A DNA stretch of 64,000 bases from positions 45,198,001 through 45,262,000 of the forward strand of contig OZ024751.1 of NCBI GenBank assembly GCA_964016885.1, given 5' to 3'. Positions 1-12,700 of this stretch are shown here, piece by piece. How positions within the stretch are numbered: the first letter of the stretch is position 1; every line of letters begins with the position of its first letter. Made by a program: the position numbers and the translations under genes. This stretch comes from Eledone cirrhosa (Eukaryota). The notes under the pieces were generated by a model. The model was not told the origin of the DNA, made no database searches, and saw nothing but the letters and a program-made list of their open reading frames with translations.

Positions 1-109
1 TACATGTTTATTTGTTAATATTCCCTTTACGTCTGAAACCTAAACTGTAACACTTAGAAGACACATACTTTTTTAATCCAAACAGTGACAACCAGTGGCA
101 TTGTATGAA

Positions 110-274
110 GTACTATGAAGAAGTGGTGCTAGTGCTGTGAAATCTTGCATCTATTTCAGCTCTTCTTATTAACTCCATTGTTTCTTTCCAGGGAAATGTT
201 GAAAAATAAACCTCATTTGGTCATTCCATGAGAGTGTCTTGGTCAGCCTATAAACTTTTCAGCCAACCCTCGTA
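110..274. mobile_element. Mariner-like MITE, partial (right TIR)
   Basis: Ends gtcagcctataaacttttcagccaaccctcgTA; same family as 24750-24960, 37783-37963 and 62100-62300. Confidence 0.6.
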
Positions 275-672
275 CATAAATATATGCTGGAATCTAATAA
301 TCTAATATAGTTTGTTAGTGATATCTATCTATGTAGAGACTATACTTGGAAATATTTCTCTTGATTTAGTTATATTAAATATTGGTTTCCCCAAAGAAAT
401 AGTTCTATATATGATTTTTTTCTAAATGAATTACATGAGTAGCTGAAAGCATAATAACAGGTTCTAAAATATTTTAAATTAATATTAAAGCTATAAAAAT
501 ATTTTAAATTAATATAAAGCTCATCAAAATCTAATAAATGCACAACAGAGTTAAATAAAATATATTCTTATATTAGATGTAGATTATAGGCATTGCTGTG
601 AGTTTAAGTTGTTGATTTTACAACCACATGGTCTCAAGTTCAATTCCACTGTACAATACCATGAGTAAGTCT

Positions 673-953
673 AAAGTCTGTCTCAATCCCGGAGGCTCAC
701 CAGGTCAGTGCTTATCCCAATTTTCATGGCATGAAGCGACTGAGAATACAAAATTTCCCCCTGTACAAGATGCCAGTCTATCACAGGGTTAAATCCCCAG
801 CTATTGCTGGTACTCATTTTCAGCTGAGTATACTGGAGTGACATGAAATGAAGTGTTTTGCTCAAGAACACAACACACAACCATGTCCAGTAATTGAACT
901 TGCAGCATTATGATTGTAAGTCCAACATACTTACCACTAGGCCACATGCCTCC
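673..953 (-). mobile_element. tRNA-headed SINE
   Basis: Reverse complement begins ggaggcatgtggcctagtggtaag with degenerate A/B boxes; body matches the copy at 59728-60010. Confidence 0.7.
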
Positions 954-1940
954 ACTACCTTCAGTAAACATTTACTATATCCTTCGGTTGACCAATGCAA
1001 TGTGTATGAAATTTTGTCAGTCGAAACTTTGCTGAATCCTGTTATCCTTGTGTATATGTGTGTTAATTTGTTTCTATTTTGAATATAGCACAGATTGCTT
1101 GTTTAAATCCTTCAGAACTCACCAAAAAGTATTTACAGCTCTACACAACAGGGATTCTTGGAAAATATATATTTCTAGAATATTCATTATGTACAAAAGT
1201 AAAATCTCTCTGTCACTCTCTTCCCATCTCCATCACCAAACACTCTTTTATAGAGCTATCTGTGAAACTTCATATGTATGCATGTTTGGTCCTGTAACTC
1301 CTGTGTAAGTTGAGGAGGCACCATATTCAGATACAGCCGTTTTAGCTCATTTTAAAACCTAGTGGGGCCTATTTCCTCCAAGTCTGAATACAGCAGATTT
1401 CTTCCAGAGGATAGAGTGAGAAAGAGATATAAAGGAAGAATTGACCTCAGTATTAGACTGGTATTTTTTTTTATCAACCTTTGATGGTTAGAAGGCAAAT
1501 TTAACCTCGGCGGAACTTGAACTTAGAAAGCAGAGACGAATACTGCAAAGCATTCTATCCAATGTTCCAACTCTACCAATTCACTGCCTTATTACTTCAT
1601 ATGATATATTGTAAAATGAACATTTTATCCAACACGTTTTATTTTGTTTTCAATTGTTCACATGATCAACTTGTTTTGTCTTCTTTATTGGCTTAGATAT
1701 GGCTCCCAGTGCTTGTCTTGTTTAAGAGTAACCTACTACCACCACCACTTACCAAGTTTATCAATATCTTGCCTTGGGTTATACTCATTCCATTTACAAA
1801 GCCGACACTCCTACATTGAAATATTTTCAAGTTTACTTGTGTGTGTGTGCACAAAACTATAAATCTATGCATTTTCTGTCCATCCGTTACACAAATGTTA
1901 CAATCTGACAAAATCTTTTTTAGATGTTTTCATCTATCTG

Positions 1941-2003
<63 letters not shown>

Positions 2004-2072
2004 GTGATATTTTTCATTATTGCAGTGTCAATTGATTTGTTTTTCATGTCTTGTAGTTTTGCTGCACATTTA

Positions 2073-2111
<39 letters not shown>

Positions 2112-2130
2112 TTTATAAATTATATATATT

Positions 2131-2367
2131 ATCATCATCTTTTTGACATCTGTTTTCCCTGCTAGGAAGGGTTGGATGGGTCTACATAGACCAAATCAGT
2201 ACTAAAGTGGGGCTACTGATCTGCCAGACAGGCCAGGTGTCTGTATCTCACTTACATACAGTCACATGGTCAACCGAGTACACAGGAGAGGTTGCCATGT
2301 CTTTGGGACAAGCCTGTCTAACCCATGCTAGCATGGAAGATAGACGTTAAACGATGATGATGATGAT
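2131..2367. mobile_element. Two oppositely oriented SINE/LINE 3' tails
   Basis: Left end atcatcatc...ccctgctaggaagggttgga is the reverse complement of the family tail; right end is aacccatgctagcatggaagatagacgttaaacgatgatgatgat. Confidence 0.55.
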
Positions 2368-3668
2368 ATTTACATACTTGGCTGCGTCTTTGCCCATGTT
2401 GTGGGACATACAGACTGCATTACTGAATCAACTCTTCCTGACTTCTAACAAAATGTCCAATGAATAACTGCCAAACAATCTCTGTTAACTAGTGGGGAGG
2501 TACATGTTTGGTCATATACATATTGATTGGTGACATGGTCAGTTCTGCTGATGTTAAATATGATTAGGTGTTAGTTTTCTTCTTTGGTGTTTTTATATGC
2601 AACAGTTATACGTATAACTGTTGCATATAGAACAGGCTGTTGTTTCCTCAGACCTAATATGTCTGGGTTTACATTATCCGAGATTTAGTTACCACTTCTA
2701 CTATGTCAGGCCTTATGATCAAAAGTGCTCTGGTGATAACCACCCTGTTGTATCTGGCCTTACATTATCTGGTCTGTCCTTTCTCCTTTATGAAGGTGCA
2801 TGTCTTAATGATTAAGATGTCGGGCTTACAATTGTGCAGTTCGATTCCTGGACTGGGTAATGTGTTGTGTTCTTGAGCAAGACACTTTATTTCATGTTGC
2901 TCTAGTTCGCTCAGCTGTTACCCTTACTCTTTCTCCTTTATGGTTGTAATGTGTGATTTAACTGAAACTTAGCTGCTATTTCTACCATGTCGAGTGACTG
3001 CCTAGAAGGCCCTTCATTGGTTTCTAGTTGATGTCATTGTTGTTTGTGTGCAACCAGTATGGCTATGGCCATACTGGACAATCCCTACGATCTGATGACA
3101 AGAAGCAGAAAATATTGTTGAAAAGGTTTAAAATTGAATATATATAACTGCATTGCAGATCTTGAAGATGCAAATGAGCGTTGCACACACACACTCTCTC
3201 TCTACACACACATATATATATATATTCACACACACATATATACATACATACACACAGAGGAAATTTACTGAAAACTTTTTTTTTGTAATATTTAGTCTAT
3301 TCTAGGTGTTTGCTTATGATAATGACTCTGATTTCCTTTGTGTTGGAATATCTTGGAGAAAAAAAAAATCAATTGTCTTCTTCCTTATTCTCTTTTCATA
3401 TTTAATCCTATCACTGTACATTATGATATCTTATAAATCAGTTATACATCTGTGTGTGTTTTCAGGCTTCTCTGTCTGTCTACTTGACACCAATGAAGAA
3501 GCAACAACTGTTGGAAGAGAGAGAAGATATTTTATCTCTTTGTACCTGATTCTTTTTTATGGCTTATTAACGACACAAGCCATTGTCTTATAGATGCAAT
3601 AAGTAATATTTAGTTTCTTTACCAAACTTTAACAAAGCTATGTTTGTATGTTATATATATATATATAT

Positions 3669-4021
3669 GGAGGCACATGGCTTAGTGGTTAGAGCATTGG
3701 CCTTGCAATCGAAAGGTTGTGAGTTCAATTCTCAGACCAGGTGATGTGTTGTTTCCTTGAGCAAGACACTTTATTTCACATTGCTCCAGTTTACTCAGCT
3801 GTAGAAATGAGATGAGATGATAGGGACTGGGGTCCCTGTCATTCCACTGTAAAGTGGACGTGTAGGCGCCACGGAAAAAAAGCACCCAGTACTCACTGTA
3901 AATGAGGTTGGTGTTAGGAAGGGCATCCAGCTGTAGAAATCAAGCCAGAATCAGTTCCCGTCCCACCCTTGCAAGCAGGGAAAAGCGGACGTAAAAATGA
4001 TGATGATGATGAAAATGATGA
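3669..4021 (+). mobile_element. tRNA-headed SINE with RTE-type (GAT)n tail
   Basis: Head ggaggcacatggcttagtggttagagc...gagttcaattctc; tail ccttgcaagcagggaaaagcggacgtaaaaatgatgatg; near-identical inverted copy at 35090-35434. Confidence 0.8.
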
Positions 4022-4029
4022 TATATATA

Positions 4030-4101
4030 TAGCTGAGCGTAGTTTCGATCTATAGACCACTGGGTTATGGGCCCAACACGCTACCACTGCACCACTCTGT
4101 T
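4030..4101 (-). pseudogene. Initiator tRNA-Met (CAT) pseudogene
   Basis: Reverse complement AACAGAGTGGTGCAGTGGTAGCGTGTTGGGCCCATAACCCAGTGGTCTATAGATCGAAACTACGCTCAGCTA is colinear with eukaryotic tRNA-iMet (GGG/CCC anticodon stem, ATCGAAA T-loop). It has two acceptor-stem mismatches, a T-stem mismatch and no poly-T terminator. Confidence 0.85.
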
Positions 4102-6323
4102 ACCAACACACACACACATATATATATATATGAGAGAGAGAGTGTTGGTTTGTAGTAATTCATTAATTTTGAAGTTGGGTAAGATTACGTCTCTCTCTCT
4201 ATATATATATATATATTATATATGTGCATGTGTGTGTATGTATATAATCGTCATCATTTAATGTCCATTTTTCCATGCTTTCAAACATTAGACAGGTTGT
4301 CACATTATGAGTCAAGTCAGATCTGGAGATTGTGTCTTGCTCATACAGGTCTGTATTTTGGCTTAGTTTCTACACCTGGAAGCTCTTCCTAATTCCAACT
4401 ACTTTACAGGGTTGACTGGCTGATTTTTCATTGTGTCACCAACACGACCACTTTACAGGGTTAACTGGCTGGTTTTTCATTGTCACCAAAACGACCATCT
4501 TAAAATATTTATATAAGATATAGCTGGGAAAACAGATGTTAAACTATAATGATTTCTAGTATAGGCACAAGGCTAGCAATTTAGGGGGAGGGGAAAGTCG
4601 ATTAAATCGACCCCCAGTGCATGACTGGTACTTTATTTTATCGACCCAGTAAGGATGAAAGGCAAAGTTAACCTCGGCCGGATTTGAACTCAGATCATAA
4701 AGGGTCGTAACTCTATGCTGCAAAGCTTGGCATCGAACTCTCTACCGATACTGCCAAAATGATGTTGATATAGATATCACCATCAATTTTAGGGTCTCTC
4801 TTCCACTCACAACATTGCTCCATCTCTGAGGTTTAGTGTTTTGAAATCAATTCTAATCACGTTTGCTACTAATATATAAATAACATATACAACCATTACC
4901 ATATAAAGATATTACAACCCTTACCACTAATATATAATATATTACAACCATTACCACTAATATATATATTAGAATCCTTACCCCTAATATATAAAATAAG
5001 ATATTACAACCCTAACTCCCAATATATAAACAACAAACTTAATATATTTCTATCTGACAAGAAACAGTTATCTCCAGAAAAACTTCTATGGTAGTCCTTA
5101 TTAGAACATGGGTTTTTGTGTGTGATTCTATGATTTCATCTTATCTTTGATAGTTCCATTTACATTTTCTCATAATCTCCTAAAATATTCTGTATTTTAG
5201 AATCAACTAGATGTCTTTATATTATTTGAAAAAGGTCATATATCATTGTATGTAAAAACTCAATATCACATTTTTATATATTTACATATGTTTAATAAGC
5301 ACAAGAAAGTAGATATAAAATAGTGAGGATAATGATAGTGAAAGAAACTGCATTTTTTTTTTTTTTTTTTTTTTTTTTTGCACAAATTGACCTCATTAAA
5401 TCGTGTTATCTTATTTGATTTGGTTAAATCTTGTTTCAATAACTTTATTTTTAAAATGTTCATCAAATAAAGATTTGTTTTTCTCCCTTTAGTAACTTAA
5501 CTAGTTAGTTAGAATAACTATGGAAATAAATTCAAAATTATTTGGCACTCTCATATATCTCAAGGGATATATTGGCACTATTTTTTCACTATTTTTTAAC
5601 TTCACGTTGGCACTATTTGTAGATGTTTTGGTGTAAATAACTCCAACACTATTTGATAGTTTCATGAATGTTTATCTTCTAGCAATGATTCAAGGTATCT
5701 TTCAGTATTATTGATAGTTATTGAAATAATTGAACTGCAAATTTTGTATAAATAAATTCCCAACAAACTAAGGTTGTTTCATTTTCATGGGGTTTTTTAT
5801 GAATAGTGTAAGTTTTAGTTTCGCCTCTATAAATTTTAAACTCGATACTTATGTAAAGTAATCAATATTAATTAGATTTAGGCTCATCATCATCATTATC
5901 ATCGTTTTATGTTGGCATGGGTTGGATGGGTTATCACAGTCTGAGATAAAATGGGCTGAAGAACTGTGGCTTGCTCATGTTTCATTCTTGGCATGGTTTC
6001 TATGGCTGGAAAACTTTCCTAATGCCAAACATGTGTTACATTGTAAAATGCTTAGTGCAGGAATGGATGAGGGGAAATGTGTTTGTTGGAAAATTTTACT
6101 AGATGAGAAATTGATTTCAATTAAATAGAATTTTACATGGGCCTAGTTACCATATATACTTGAATATAAGCCGACCCCTATTTAATGTCTGAGATATAAG
6201 CAACAATCCAAACCCCATTTATAAGCCGAGGCAGGTAATCAACACATTGTTTAGATGGTGCAGTTTTGAAATCCTCATGAGTGGAAGAATATACTTATGA
6301 AGTTTTAATATTTTGATATTTAA

Positions 6324-6544
6324 CCCTTTAGCATTTACATTACTCTATATATACTATTGTATTTTCACGGTAAAAGCTTTATCTTACATAAATATCTCAC
6401 ATAATATTGAATCTACGAGATTTTGATATTATTTATTTTGAGAACAATATTTTAACATTAATATGAGTGGGCGGTTACAGCTGGTTTGAACAGAAAGAGG
6501 TGAGACAATTCTGGCCAAATATGGCCGGTTTAAATGCTAAAGGG
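6324..6544. mobile_element. TTAA-flanked (piggyBac-like) MITE
   Basis: TTAA|ccctttagcattta ... taaatgctaaaggg|TTAA; six copies in the window. Confidence 0.8.
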
Positions 6545-7317
6545 TTAAAATATTTTGTGTTGTTTAGAGAATAGTTTTTGTTTCATAACTCCATTATGTA
6601 AAGATTTTTTTTTTACCAATTTACGATTGTTTTGAAGACCGTATTCATTCAAAACATATAAAAAACAATAGGAAATATCAATTTCATGTCGAAAGTGAAA
6701 CTTGTAATATTCAACCCCAAAGGGAAACCGAAGTAATATTCACCTCAAAATATTTTAGCACCACATTTACATAGAATTTTTCAGCAAAATATTGACCTCG
6801 AATATGCCCCCCACACACATTTTACATTCTTTTTTTTTTTTGTCATATTTTATATATGAATATATGGTAATTCATTTTAGTGCTATTATGTAAAATGTTT
6901 AATTGAAGAATGAATTGACAATGAGATAAATTTGTGTTGTATGTTAGAAACAAAACATTGCATGTATTACAATAGTGACTAATGCTGCCTTAATTTAATA
7001 CGTGAATGTTAGCATGTATTTCAGATCAGATTTTCATATTGTAAGAAGCAGCACAGGTATCCTAAGAGATTGGGAAGAAAGGAGGGGAGGAATAAACCCA
7101 AGGACGATGTTTTATTTATTTTATTTTATTTGCTAGCATCCTAACTTATATCTGGGAAAATTTCAGGGTTTTTTTTTTGTGTGTATTGAGGTGGGAGATG
7201 AACATGTTTTTACAAGTGGATAACCGACTTATTACTAACCATTGAAGCATGTTAGTCTAAAATAGACTAACATGTAGATGGTACTTTGAACAAATGCAGT
7301 ATCTTCAACAATACCTT

Positions 7318-9232
7318 TGGCCTAGCAAGTCCAGTTCCCTAAACTGGCCAAGCAAGTCCACCACCTTAAACTGGCCAAGCAAGTCTACTACCTTAAACTG
7401 GCTTAGCAAGTCCAGTTCCCTAAACTGGCTTAGCAAGTCCAGTTCCCTAAACTGGCTTAGCAAGTTCCGTTCCCTAAACTGGCTTAGCAAGTCCAGTTCC
7501 CTAAACTCGCTTAGCAAGTCCAGTTCCCTAAACTGGCCAAGCAAGTCTACTACCTTAAACTGGCCAAGCAAGTCTACTACCTTAAACTGGCTTAGCAAGT
7601 CCAGTTCCCTAAACTCGCTTAGCAAGTCCAGTTCCCTAAACTCGCCTGGCAAGTCCAGTTCCCTAAACTCGCCTGGCAAGTCCAGTTCCGTAAACTCGCC
7701 TGGCAAGTCCAGTTCCGTAAACTCGCCTGGCAAGTCCAGTTCCCTAAACTGGCTTGGCAAGTCCAGTTCCCTAAACTGGCTTGGCAAGTCCAGTTCCGTA
7801 AACTGGCCTGGCAAGTCCAGTTCCGTAAACTCGCCTGGCAAGTCCAGTTCCGTAAACTCGCCTGGCAAGTCCAGTTCCCTAAACTCGCCTGGCAAGTCCA
7901 GTTCCCTAAACTCGCCTGGCAAGTCCAGTTCCCTAAACTCGCCTGGCAAGTCCAGTTCCCTAAACTCGCCTGGCAAGTCCAGTTCCCTAAACTCGCCTGG
8001 CAAGTCCAGTTCCCTAAACTCGCCTGGCAAGTCCAGTTCCCTAAACTCGCCTGGCAAGTCCAGTTCCCTAAACTCGCCTGGCAAGTCCAGTTCCCTAAAC
8101 TCGCCTGGCAAGTCCAGTTCCCTAAACTCGCCTGGCAAGTCCAGTTCCCTAAACTCGCCTGGCAAGTCCAGTTCCGTAAACTCGCCTGGCAAGTCCAGTT
8201 CCGTAAACTCGCCTGGCAAGTCCAGTTCCCTAAACTGGCTTGGCAAGTCCAGTTCCCTAAACTGGCTTGGCAAGTCCAGTTCCGTAAACTGGCCTGGCAA
8301 GTCCAGTTCCGTAAACTCGCCTGGCAAGTCCAGTTCCGTAAACTCGCCTGGCAAGTCCAGTTCCCTAAACTCGCCTGGCAAGTCCAGTTCCCTAAACTCG
8401 CCTGGCAAGTCCAGTTCCCTAAACTCGCCTGGCAAGTCCAGTTCCCTAAACTCGCCTGGCAAGTCCAGTTCCCTAAACTCGCCTGGCAAGTCCAGTTCCG
8501 TAAACTGGCCTGGCAAGTCCAGTTCCCTAAACTGGCCTGGCAAGTCCAGTTCCGTAAACTCGCCTGGCAAGTCCAGTTCCGTAAACTCGCCTGGCAAGTC
8601 CAGTTCCCTAAACTCGCCTGGCAAGTCCAGTTCCCTAAACTCGCCTGGCAAGTCCAGTTCCCTAAACTCGCCTGGCAAGTCCAGTTCCGTAAACTGGCCT
8701 GGCAAGTCCAGTTCCCTAAACTCGCCTGGCAAGTCCAGTTCCCTAAACTCGCCTGGCAAGTCCAGTTCCGTAAACTCGCCTGGCAAGTCCAGTTCCCTAA
8801 ACTCGCCTGGCAAGTCCAGTTCCCTAAACTCGCCTGGCAAGTCCAGTTCCCTAAACTCGCCTGGCAAGTCCAGTTCCGTAAACTCGCCTGGCAAGTCCAG
8901 TTCCCTAAACTCGCCTGGCAAGTCCAGTTCCCTAAACTCGCCTGGCAAGTCCAGTTCCCTAAACTCGCCTGGCAAGTCCAGTTCCCTAAACTGGCTTGGC
9001 AAGTCCAGTTCCGTAAACTGGCTTGGCAAGTCCAGTTCCGTAAACTCGCCTGGCAAGTCCAGTTCCCTAAACTCGCCTGGCAAGTCCAGTTCCCTAAACT
9101 CGCCTGGCAAGTCCAGTTCCGTAAACTCGCCTGGCAAGTCCAGTTCCCTAAACTCGCCTGGCAAGTCCAGTTCCGTAAACTGGCTTGGCAAGTCCAGTGC
9201 TCTAAACAGGCCTAGCAACCCAGTACCCTAAA
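7318..9232. repeat. 27-bp tandem satellite, about 70 copies
   Basis: Unit tccagttccctaaactcgcctggcaag with a few variant positions; produces the 645-aa and 637-aa ORFs on opposite strands. Confidence 0.97.
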
Positions 9233-10235
9233 CAGCCATTGCATTTTGAGTAAAATCTAAACAAGGGATCTCCAAACTTTTTAGATGATCAACATCGCCC
9301 CTCTTTCTTCCTCAACTCTTTCATAAGCCCCCACACATGTACAAAAATAAATAAATAAATAACAGATCAGTAAACACAATAAGAAATAAAATAGACAATC
9401 AAGACTAATTATATATCAATCTAAATAAATCTATAAAACAAATTGTACTATTTTATATATTTACAATTTTTTGTTTACAAATGTCAGCTTCTGGCTCAAA
9501 AGTTCACTCAATCTGGGTTGTCCCATTGACCTCTGGAGCAGAGTATAATATCGACCTAGTTTAAATTGTCAGTTTCTAATAAGTTTTTCTTAGAATTTCT
9601 GTAAAATTGTTGATCTTAGGGAGGACATCCAGCTGTAGATATCATGTCAAAAATGGAGTGTATGAGCAACCCATGCACCCCACCCCCACCGGTCTGTCTA
9701 GTCTTAGATTGTGACAACCTATCCAACCCATGCAAGTATGAATAGATGTAAAACTGATGATGATGATTCCTCAGTTTAAAGATATGGCCTCTGGCTTTGG
9801 AAATATTTGATAGAGAAACAAGGTTGATTAAACATATTGCATTTAGGGCGGCACTTAGATTGAAACTTGTGTGTCCATATCTATAGTTAATGTCAATCAA
9901 TATAGTACATTTCTAATGTTCTATCTTCTTGACAAAGGCCATGGTATTTACCTTTTTAACTTTCTTCTCATTCATATTCTTTTCCATGTCCAACCATGTA
10001 CGACTGAAGATCTATCTTAGTTGACTGCTAGTCTGTATCAATGGCAACCTCAGAGACAACACAGATACTCAATATTTAACATTTACTGAGAAAATTTGGA
10101 AAATACTATTTATTACATGTAGGAGAGGTTGTCAATGCCTCCCCATCCACATCAGCAGCAGCAGCTACTGCTAATTCCATTCCCAACATAGCAAAATAAC
10201 TTTAGAGCTCAAATATTTTATTTTTGTGTTCATAC

Positions 10236-10440
10236 TTAAACCGGCCAAAACCGGCCAGAATTCTCTACCTCTTTCTGTTGAAACTGGCTGTAACTGGTCG
10301 CTCAAACTGATGTTAAGGTATTATTCTCAAAATAAATACTTTCAAAATCTCATAGATTCGATATTATGAGATATTATGCGAGGTAAAGCCTTTACCATGA
10401 AAACATAATAGTATATATATATAATGTGAATGCTAAAGGG
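10236..10440. mobile_element. TTAA-family MITE, left end damaged
   Basis: Internal sequence matches 6324-6544 in reverse; ends tgctaaaggg|TTAA. Confidence 0.7.
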
Positions 10441-10579
10441 TTAAGTTAGCAACACCTCAAATACACTCTACTTTATAGTTACATCTCAATCATTTCATTG
10501 TCTTTAGCACAAAAAAAGATTTAGGAGGGGGAGTATACTGAGAATGGCCTCTTATGAAATGCAAACTCGTGGGTGGTCA

Positions 10580-10845
10580 AAGTAGAGTGGCTGATGTAGC
10601 GGGGGTCTCTGGCTGTTCCACATGGCAATGCTTTCATCGTCCTGGAGGAGTACATCCACCCGGAGTAATGAGGCTCTGTGAGGTGGAGTGGCTGATGTAG
10701 CAGGGACCAATGGCTGTTACCCATGGCAATACTTTCATCATCTTGGGAGGAGTACATCCTACCGGAGGAATGAGGCCCTGTGAGGTGAAGTTTGCTTATG
10801 TAGCAAGGGCCAATGGCTGGTCTCTGTAGCAATACTTTCATTATT
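10580..10845. repeat. Degenerate tandem repeat of about 100 bp, about 2.7 copies
   Basis: gagtggctgatgtagc...catggcaat(g/a)ctttcatc...ggagtacatcc recurs near 10585, 10686 and 10787. Confidence 0.75.
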
Positions 10846-12168
10846 TTGTAGAGTCTTGCTCCATCCTCTTTCCTCATTCTTTCATTTTTTTATTTTTCTT
10901 TCTTTATTGCTAACATATTATTTAATTTAACCCTCTGATAAAATGTTTAAAAAGCCTACTGGAACACATGCCGTCTACTTACATTCGTTGAATACATACA
11001 ATAATCTGTAGTGAATATAATTATCATCATTGTTTTTATGTCCACTTATATATATTATAACATATACTTAGTGTAAAGTGGTTGTTAAGGAAACTTGCCA
11101 AACAAAGGGTGGGGAGGACCCTTCAGTCATGTCAAGGATATGACAGCCTCTTTACTGTTGGTGATCTATATGATTAACACACCCACTACATGCTGTAAAG
11201 TGGGTGATAGGAAAGGCATCCAACTGTAGAAAGCTTGCCAAACGAAGAGTTGGGAGTACCTTTCAGTTTGTGTCAAAGACATGACAAATCTCCTCTGTGC
11301 ACTCAATAGAGATACGGATCCCTTGCCTGTCTGGGAGGTCAGTGGCTCCGCTACAGTAACCGACTTGGTCTATGATAACCTATCTAACCCTTGCTAGCAG
11401 GGAAAGTGGACATTAAGCGATGATGATGATATGGCTCTTGTTTTTTTGAAAAACAACTTCATTGTACATGACTAGAAGCTAACTACCAACACACTGGGTT
11501 TTTTTCATCACCATCTTACTGTTATTCCAAACAATTGAACTAATGAGTGGTGTGGAAAGGACAGGAGCCATCATATATTACTGTTATACCTAACCAAACC
11601 AAACAATTAAATTAACCAGTGATGTGGTGTGGAAGGTAGAAGAGCATTATATTAAAGTGTTAGTAATTGATTAGCTGGGTTTTTCTTTTTCTGTCTTAAG
11701 ACTATCCAGCCATTTTAATCAGTATTAATTCTTCACTGATGATTATGTCAATATATGAAGTTTAATTATTTCACCAGAATGTTATTGTTACCGTCATTTG
11801 CCCTCCTCAGTGTTTAATCTGCATAGTATCTTTATTATTAGTCAGAAGTGAAAGGTCGTCATTGCTGATGTCTTGTCAATATTTATGTGTAGCAGTTACA
11901 CCATTCCATATACAGGATGTAACAAGAATCATCCTCATAATTATATGTTCATTTGTTTAAAAGATATAGCTTTTGGATACACCCTGTGTGTTGTGGTTTG
12001 ACCCTTCGTAAATCTTCATTGAGGAGACTTCTGAACTCCCAAACTAAAATGATCCACAGAAGACAGCCGATGAGTGGGAATTGTCCTTGTGTTTGTGTCT
12101 TCCATGTTTTCACCCACGTGTTTTTGTTTTTTTTTTTTCTAATTTAATTATTTATATATATATATATA

Positions 12169-12576
12169 TTTAGTTAAGAACTCAGGGTAGTCTTTTACAA
12201 TTAAATAGCTCTAAGAAAAAAGCTTTTCCGTGCCGTATAATATAATTGAATAAACAAGAAAGATGAACACTAATATAAACATACATGTGTTCGAATCGTA
12301 AGGACCAAATTTGCTAGGGTGAAAAAATACTAACTATAGCAATATAGTTTGTTATCCTTAACTTTAAATATTAAATTAAGAAAAATAACATACCGATATT
12401 GGGCACATATAGGTATGTTATTTTTCTTAATTTTCCTTAATTTAATATTTAAAGTTAAGGATAACAAACTATATTGCTGTAGTTAGTATTTTTTCACCCT
12501 AGCAAATTTGGTCCTTACGATTCGAACACATGTATGTTTATATTAGTGTTCATCTTTCTTGTTTATTCAATTATAT
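12169..12576. repeat. Fold-back element: about 155-bp inverted arms plus a unique tail, between (TA)n tracts
   Basis: 12240-12394 is the near-perfect reverse complement of 12412-12576, with a 10-nt insertion in the right arm and a 17-nt loop. Confidence 0.92.
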
Positions 12577-12700
12577 ATATATATATATATCATCATCACC
12601 ATCATCACCGTTTTACATCCGTTCTTCCACGCTAGCATGGATTAGACGGGTTGTCCTGTTGTGGGCAGTGTCTGGTCGGCTGACCATGCCTTGCTCATAC

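Noticed and set aside
3092-3118. CTGATGA...GAAA as a hammerhead
   Set aside because: No stem II pairing and no stem I partner.
3669-3740. SINE heads as functional tRNA genes
   Set aside because: No complete cloverleaf; always fused to a SINE body.
7294-9231. 645-aa (+) and 637-aa (-) ORFs as protein-coding genes
   Set aside because: Entirely a 27-bp satellite; openness follows from a unit length divisible by 3; no domain or splice support.
7318-9232. CRISPR array
   Set aside because: No unique spacers, head-to-tail units, eukaryotic context.
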